Below, piece by piece: positions 55,333 to 59,267 of a stretch of DNA of 59,267 nt. The stretch is taken from assembly GCA_041482235.1 (NCBI GenBank), contig JBGPDK010000002.1:1-59267 (forward strand), read 5' to 3'. The stretch's first letter is position 1. Each line of letters opens with the position of its first letter. A program made the translations under genes and the position numbers. The notes beneath the pieces are model-generated. The model was not told where the DNA came from. It made no database searches and was given only the letters and a program-made list of their open reading frames with translations. The DNA comes from Thermoanaerobaculia bacterium (GTDB taxonomy: Bacteria; Acidobacteriota; Thermoanaerobaculia; UBA5066).

Positions 55333-57084
55333 GTGTTCCGAACGTTCGCTCTCGTCTCCGCGGCGCTCGCCGCCCTTCTCGGCTTCCTCGTGGCCTCGGG
55401 CCGCGAAGCGGATCGCACGCGCGGGACCGGAAGGGGTCCCGACCACGCCGGAGGACGAACCGAACGGTGCGTGAGCTGCCACGTGAAGCCGGACGAGGAT
55501 CCCGGCGGCGCACATTCGAGGGCCGCTCTCGGCTGCGCGTCGTGCCATCTCGGAAATCCACTGGCGTTCGGGAAGGCGCGCGCGCACGAGGGGCTCGAGC
55601 GCGAGCCCGGCGCGCTCTCCACGGTGGCCGTGACCTGCGGCCGGGAAGGGTGTCACGCGAGAGAATCCGCGCGCGTCGCCACGTCGCCGATGACCCGCGC
55701 GAGCGGGATCGTGTCGGTCGACCGCTTCGCCTTCGGCGAGATCCCCTCTCCGGATTCCACCGAGACCGTCGCCGACATCCTCGCGGCCGCCCGCCCGACG
55801 CCTGCCGAGCTCCACCTCAGAAAGCTGTGCGCCGGCTGTCACCTCGGAGCGCGGCGCGCGAATCGCGACGATGCGATTCACGGGAACGGCTCGGGCTGCG
55901 CGGCCTGCCACGTCGCCCGGCTGGAGAAGGGCGATCCGCCGCGCGCACACCCGCCCATCGACGCCCGTGTCCCGAACGACCGCTGCTTCGCCTGCCACAG
56001 CCGGAGCGGCCGCATCAGCCTGACCTACGAAGGTCTCGCCGAAGTCGAGCCGCACCAGATTGCCGGTGGGCCGCTGCCGTGCCCGGCACCCTTGAAGCTC
56101 GCCGACGGCCGCCCCGCTTGCCGCATGGCGCCCGACGTCCATCAGGTCGCGGGGATGTCCTGCATCGACTGCCACCTGCACACGGAGCTCATGGGCGACG
56201 GGACGGCGCGAACGCACGAGGAGGAGCAGGTCGAGATCACGTGCGAGGCCTGCCACGGGCCCGTCCGCGAGGGGGGCGAGGTCGCGTGGAGCGAGGTCAA
56301 AGACGAGATCAGCTTAGAAATTCAGAAGAGAGAAAGACGAAGAGAAGAGGAAGATTTTCTTAGAAAGGGGAGTGAGGGCCGCGCGCCCGATGGAGCGGCC
56401 CGCCTCGGGCGGGCTGAGCCCCCCGACTGGACCCTTTCTAAGAAATCTTCTTCTCATGCTGCCCCGCCCGATGCACGCGTGCGCCTCGGTCGACGCGGCA
56501 CTCCCCTCCTAAACCTTCTAAGAAGATCTTCTTCTTCTCTTTCTTCGTCTTCTTCCTCATCCGACTGGATTCTCGTGCGCAAGCTCGATGGCGTCGTCTT
56601 GCAGGTGAAGCAGACGCCGCGCGATGCGAACCATGCGCGGAAGGGGCACGAGCGCCTGTCGTGCAGCGCCTGCCACACGGCGTGGGCGCCGAGGTGCGAC
56701 ACGTGCCACACGAGCTTCGACGCGGCGCGCACGCAGTGGGACTTCGCGGCGGGGAAGCCGACGGCCGGCGCGTGGACGGAGCGCTCGGAGGGCTTTTCGT
56801 GGGGACCGCCGCTCCTGGGCGTCCGCGCGGACGGAAGGATCGTTCCCGCGGCCCCGGGGATGATCCTCGACATAGAAAGGACGGCGGCGGGCGGCGGGAA
56901 GACATCGCGCCGGCTGCTCGCGCCGATGGAGCCGCATGCGACGGGGAAGAAGGCCCGCACCTGCGAGAGCTGCCACCGGTCCCCGGCCGCGCCGGAATTC
57001 GAGGCGGGCACGCGGACCGGATTCCGCGGCCTCGACGCAGCCGAGCGGAGGCGCGTGGCGGCCGCCCGGGTCGAGCCCCGCTAG
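55333..57084 (+). CDS. multihaem c-type cytochrome (10 CXXCH plus one CX4CH) carrying repeat-derived inserts
   Basis: N-terminal TM/signal (ALVSAALAALLGFLVA) and 10 CXXCH sites plus CGREGCH. An ~85 aa low-complexity segment (KRERRREEE ... SSSSLSSSSSSS) between haems 7 and 8 coincides with AT-rich repeats. Confidence 0.75.
   Translation: MFRTFALVSAALAALLGFLVASGREADRTRGTGRGPDHAGGRTERCVSCHVKPDEDPGGAHSRAALGCASCHLGNPLAFGKARAHEGLEREPGALSTVAVTCGREGCHARESARVATSPMTRASGIVSVDRFAFGEIPSPDSTETVADILAAARPTPAELHLRKLCAGCHLGARRANRDDAIHGNGSGCAACHVARLEKGDPPRAHPPIDARVPNDRCFACHSRSGRISLTYEGLAEVEPHQIAGGPLPCPAPLKLADGRPACRMAPDVHQVAGMSCIDCHLHTELMGDGTARTHEEEQVEITCEACHGPVREGGEVAWSEVKDEISLEIQKRERRREEEDFLRKGSEGRAPDGAARLGRAEPPDWTLSKKSSSHAAPPDARVRLGRRGTPLLNLLRRSSSSLSSSSSSSDWILVRKLDGVVLQVKQTPRDANHARKGHERLSCSACHTAWAPRCDTCHTSFDAARTQWDFAAGKPTAGAWTERSEGFSWGPPLLGVRADGRIVPAAPGMILDIERTAAGGGKTSRRLLAPMEPHATGKKARTCESCHRSPAAPEFEAGTRTGFRGLDAAERRRVAAARVEPR
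56323..56380 (+). repeat. extended forward arm (purine tract plus AT-rich repeat) inside the 10-haem cytochrome gene
   Basis: CAGAAGAGAGAAAGACGAAGAGAAGAGGAAGATTTTCTTAGAAAGGGGAGTGAGGGCC. It pairs imperfectly over about 55 nt with 56491-56548. Confidence 0.85.
56429..56459 (-). repeat. AT-rich repeat copy, reverse arm (inner) inside the cytochrome gene
   Basis: The reverse complement reads GCATGAGAAGAAGATTTCTTAGAAAGGGTCC. Translated as TLSKKSSSH. Confidence 0.8.
56491..56548 (-). repeat. extended reverse arm (AT-rich repeat plus pyrimidine tract) inside the cytochrome gene
   Basis: The reverse complement reads GAGGAAGAAGACGAAGAAAGAGAAGAAGAAGATCTTCTTAGAAGGTTTAGGAGGGGAG. Translated as LLNLLRRSSSSLSSSSSSS. 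Confidence 0.85.
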
Positions 57085-57227
57085 ACCCTCGCGACATGGT
57101 GTTTCACGCCCGCGCCGCGGCCTGAAACATTTCATCCCGCGAAGAGACGTTTCGTTTCAAGAAATCGCGCTTTCGGCCGCTTTGCGCATGGCTCAGTTCT
57201 TGAAGTGGCGCTCCCGAGGAGAAGTAC

Positions 57228-59267
57228 ATGACGGCCACGCGGCGCGAGTTCATTCAGATCAGCGGCGCGGGCTTCGGAGCCGCCGTCGCCGGATCCGGCC
57301 TCGTGACGAAGTGGTGGGGGTTCGACGCCGACGTCGTCCACGACCCCGGCACGGACGGCGACACCGTTGTCCCGACGTTCTGCGAGCTGTGCTTCTGGAA
57401 GTGCGGCGTCCTCGCACACGTGAAAAGCGGCCGCGTCACGAAGATCGTCGGCAATCCCGAGCACCCTCTTTCGAAGGGGCGGCTCTGCCCGCGCGGCACC
57501 GGAGGGATGGGCCTCCTGTACGACCCGGACCGGCTGAAGACGCCGCTGCTGCGCAAGACGGGGAAGAGGGGCGACCAGACATTCGAGGAGGTCTCCTGGG
57601 AGAAGGCGCTCGACTTCACGGCCGAGAAACTCCTGAAGATCAAGAGGGAGTTCGGGCCGGACAAAGTCGCGCTCTTCTCGCACGGCTACGGCGGCTCGTT
57701 TTTCAAGCACCTCCTCTTCGCTTATGGATCGGGCAACGTCACGGCTCCGTCCTACGGGCAGTGCCGCGGCCCGCGCGAGGTCGGCTTCCAGCTGACGTTC
57801 GGATCGCCGGTCGGTTCACCCGAGGTCCTCGACATCGGCAACAGCCGCTGCCTGACGCTGATGGGCTCGCACCTCGGCGAGAACATGCACAACACGCAGG
57901 TCCAGGACTTCGCGCGCGCGATCGCGAAGGGGGCGACCGTCATCGTCGTCGACCCGCGCTTCTCGACCGCCGCGGGCAAGGCGCGGTACTGGCTTCCCAT
58001 CAAGCCCGGAACCGACCTCGCTCTCCTCCTCGCCTGGATGCACGTCATCGTGGCCGAGGGGCTCTACGACCGCGACTACGTCGAGAAATACACGACTGGC
58101 TTCGACGAGCTCAAGAAACACGTCGAAGGCAGAACTCCGGAGTGGGCGTTCACGGAGACCGGCATCGCTCCCGAAACGATCATCGAGACGGCCCGCGTCA
58201 TCGCGGGCGCGCGCCCCGCTTCGCTCGTCCACCCCGGCCGCCACACGACCTGGTACGGCGACGACACGCAGCGCTCGCGGGCGGTCGCCATCCTCAACGC
58301 GCTCCTCGGCTCCTGGGGCAGGCGCGGGGGCTTCTTCATTCCGGCCTCGATGCCGCTTCCGAAGTATCCCGTCCCCGACTATCCCGAGACGCCGAAGACC
58401 ACGCAGGACCACCCCGACGGCGTCGTCTACCCCTTCGCCGACGAGGTCCTTTCGCACGGCATCTGCGACGCCACGACCCCCGGCCGCTTCGCCGCGAAAG
58501 GAGGCCCCGTCAAGGGCTGGATGGTCTACGGGACGAACCTCCTGCAGGCGCTTCCCCAGCGTCCGCGCGTCATCGAGTCCATCCAGAATCTGGACCTGCT
58601 CGTCGCGATCGACGTCCTCCCGGCGGAAATCACCGGCTATGCGGACGTCGTTCTTCCGGAGGCGACGTACCTCGAGCGCTGGGACGACGTGGGATCGACC
58701 CCTTGGTCGGAGCCGTTCCTGTCGATCCGTCAGCCGGCGGTTCCGCCGCTGTACGAAAGCAAGCCCGGCTGGTGGATCGCGAAGGAGCTCGCGAATCGCA
58801 TGGACCTTGGGCGCTACTTCCCCTGGAACGATCCCGAGGCGATGGTCAAAGAGCGCGTGACGAAGGGCGGGTACGACTTCGCCCTCCTCAAGCGGACGGG
58901 CGTCCTCAAGGGCAAGGCCGTGCCAATCACGATCGAGGACGGCCTCGAGCTCGGCTTCAAGACGCCGTCGAGGAAAATCGAGATCTACTCGAAGCAGATG
59001 GCGGACGCGGGTCTCCCGCCGCTCCCCGACTACACCCGGCATTCGCAGCCCGCCGACGGGCAGTTCCGTCTCCTCTTCGGGCGGACGCCGACGCACACGT
59101 TCGGCCGCACGACGAACAACCGCCTCCTCTCCGAGGTCTACTCGGAAAACGACGTCTGGCTGACCGCGACCCTGGCGACGGAACGGGGGTTGATCGACGG
59201 CGAGAACGTCGTCCTCGTGAACGAGGACGGCGAGAGATCCGCACCCGCGCGCGTGAAGGCCACCGCC
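57228..59267 (+). CDS. molybdopterin oxidoreductase catalytic subunit, PsrA/PhsA-like (3' partial; not in the supplied ORF track)
   Basis: My own translation is open for 680 codons to the window edge. TAT signal TRREFIQISGAGFGAAVAG and the N-terminal 4Fe-4S motif CELCFWKCGV...GRLCPRG. DMSO-reductase-family blocks are VALFSHGY, TVIVVDPRFS, KPGTDLALLLAW and DVVLPEATYLERWD. GAGGAG RBS upstream. Confidence 0.85.
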   Translation, partial: MTATRREFIQISGAGFGAAVAGSGLVTKWWGFDADVVHDPGTDGDTVVPTFCELCFWKCGVLAHVKSGRVTKIVGNPEHPLSKGRLCPRGTGGMGLLYDPDRLKTPLLRKTGKRGDQTFEEVSWEKALDFTAEKLLKIKREFGPDKVALFSHGYGGSFFKHLLFAYGSGNVTAPSYGQCRGPREVGFQLTFGSPVGSPEVLDIGNSRCLTLMGSHLGENMHNTQVQDFARAIAKGATVIVVDPRFSTAAGKARYWLPIKPGTDLALLLAWMHVIVAEGLYDRDYVEKYTTGFDELKKHVEGRTPEWAFTETGIAPETIIETARVIAGARPASLVHPGRHTTWYGDDTQRSRAVAILNALLGSWGRRGGFFIPASMPLPKYPVPDYPETPKTTQDHPDGVVYPFADEVLSHGICDATTPGRFAAKGGPVKGWMVYGTNLLQALPQRPRVIESIQNLDLLVAIDVLPAEITGYADVVLPEATYLERWDDVGSTPWSEPFLSIRQPAVPPLYESKPGWWIAKELANRMDLGRYFPWNDPEAMVKERVTKGGYDFALLKRTGVLKGKAVPITIEDGLELGFKTPSRKIEIYSKQMADAGLPPLPDYTRHSQPADGQFRLLFGRTPTHTFGRTTNNRLLSEVYSENDVWLTATLATERGLIDGENVVLVNEDGERSAPARVKATA

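Noticed and set aside
56311-56548. The charged/serine-rich stretch of the cytochrome as an ordinary low-complexity linker.
   Set aside because: The KRERRREEE and SSSSLSSSSSSS tracts are encoded by complementary purine and pyrimidine arms flanking copies of the same repeat seen elsewhere. The DNA-level inverted repeat, not protein composition, is therefore the primary feature.
7306-57218. Further weak resemblances to the AT-rich repeat at 3068-3115, 7306-7335, 7364-7387, 16495-16530, 31495-31524, 31936-31959, 57139-57170 and 57194-57218.
   Set aside because: Each shares only 10-15 scattered positions with the consensus, and I cannot score them without a proper model. I mention them so a genome-wide scan can test them, but I do not call them as features.
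1-59267. Search for CRISPR arrays, tRNA/rRNA genes, IS elements, integrases, toxin-antitoxin pairs, restriction-modification or other recognisable defence genes.
   Set aside because: I found no direct-repeat/spacer arrays, no tRNA-like T-loop (GGTTCGAATCC-type) sequences in the few intergenic regions, and no transposase, recombinase or nuclease signatures in any plausible ORF. The window looks like core chromosome apart from the short repeats.
57228-59267. Selenocysteine or other recoding in the molybdoenzyme, and frameshifts in the repeat-bearing genes.
   Set aside because: There is no in-frame TGA in the 680 codons read. hemC, hemD, hemL and the cytochrome gene all stay in a single frame across the repeats, so no recoding is needed.

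Overview
This is a densely coding ~59 kb stretch of a very GC-rich bacterial chromosome (roughly 70% GC by eye). I saw no rRNA, tRNA, CRISPR array, transposase, integrase or phage genes. I call 48 protein genes, and many are joined by 1-4 nt start/stop overlaps (ATGA/GTGA). Contents in order: a haem biosynthesis operon (CcsA/HemX-like, hemA-C-D-B-L) ending in a kynureninase-like gene; a seven-gene multihaem cytochrome cluster laid out like Shewanella mtrC-mtrA-mtrB and extended by a monohaem protein, an 11-haem membrane-anchored cytochrome, a b-type cytochrome and a NapC/NirT-like cytochrome (37 canonical CXXCH sites plus one CX3CH); a DHOD-like gene, a PAS-LuxR regulator and an ABC exporter pair; aroC and a class V PLP enzyme; carB followed by two O-antigen-ligase-like membrane proteins and an M23 peptidase; yidB, a lipoprotein and prolyl oligopeptidase; lysC-thrB-thrC; an FHA/zinc-ribbon protein, a NifS-like desulfurase, a ~1000 aa secreted VWA protein, maf, a degenerate GGDEF protein, ade and corA; an ECF sigma/anti-sigma/Spy-like module; and parC-ispH coupled to a sigma-54 activator, a Rieske protein, cytochrome b, a 10-haem cytochrome and a TAT-dependent molybdopterin oxidoreductase. 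That last gene runs off the window and is missing from the ORF track. Two things deserve a second look. (1) The MtrCAB-like conduit with its own quinol-oxidising modules. (2) A family of ~25-30 nt AT-rich, near-palindromic repeats (consensus by eye GAAGATTTTCTTAGAAAGGTGAATAGGGCC). They occur as inverted pairs and, unusually, lie in frame inside hemC, hemD, the 5' ends of hemL and the class V enzyme, and as a composite ~58 nt-arm inverted repeat inside the 10-haem cytochrome gene. Everything here is read by eye from the sequence and from recalled family signatures. No searches were run. The lineage guess (Acidobacteriota-like) is inference only.
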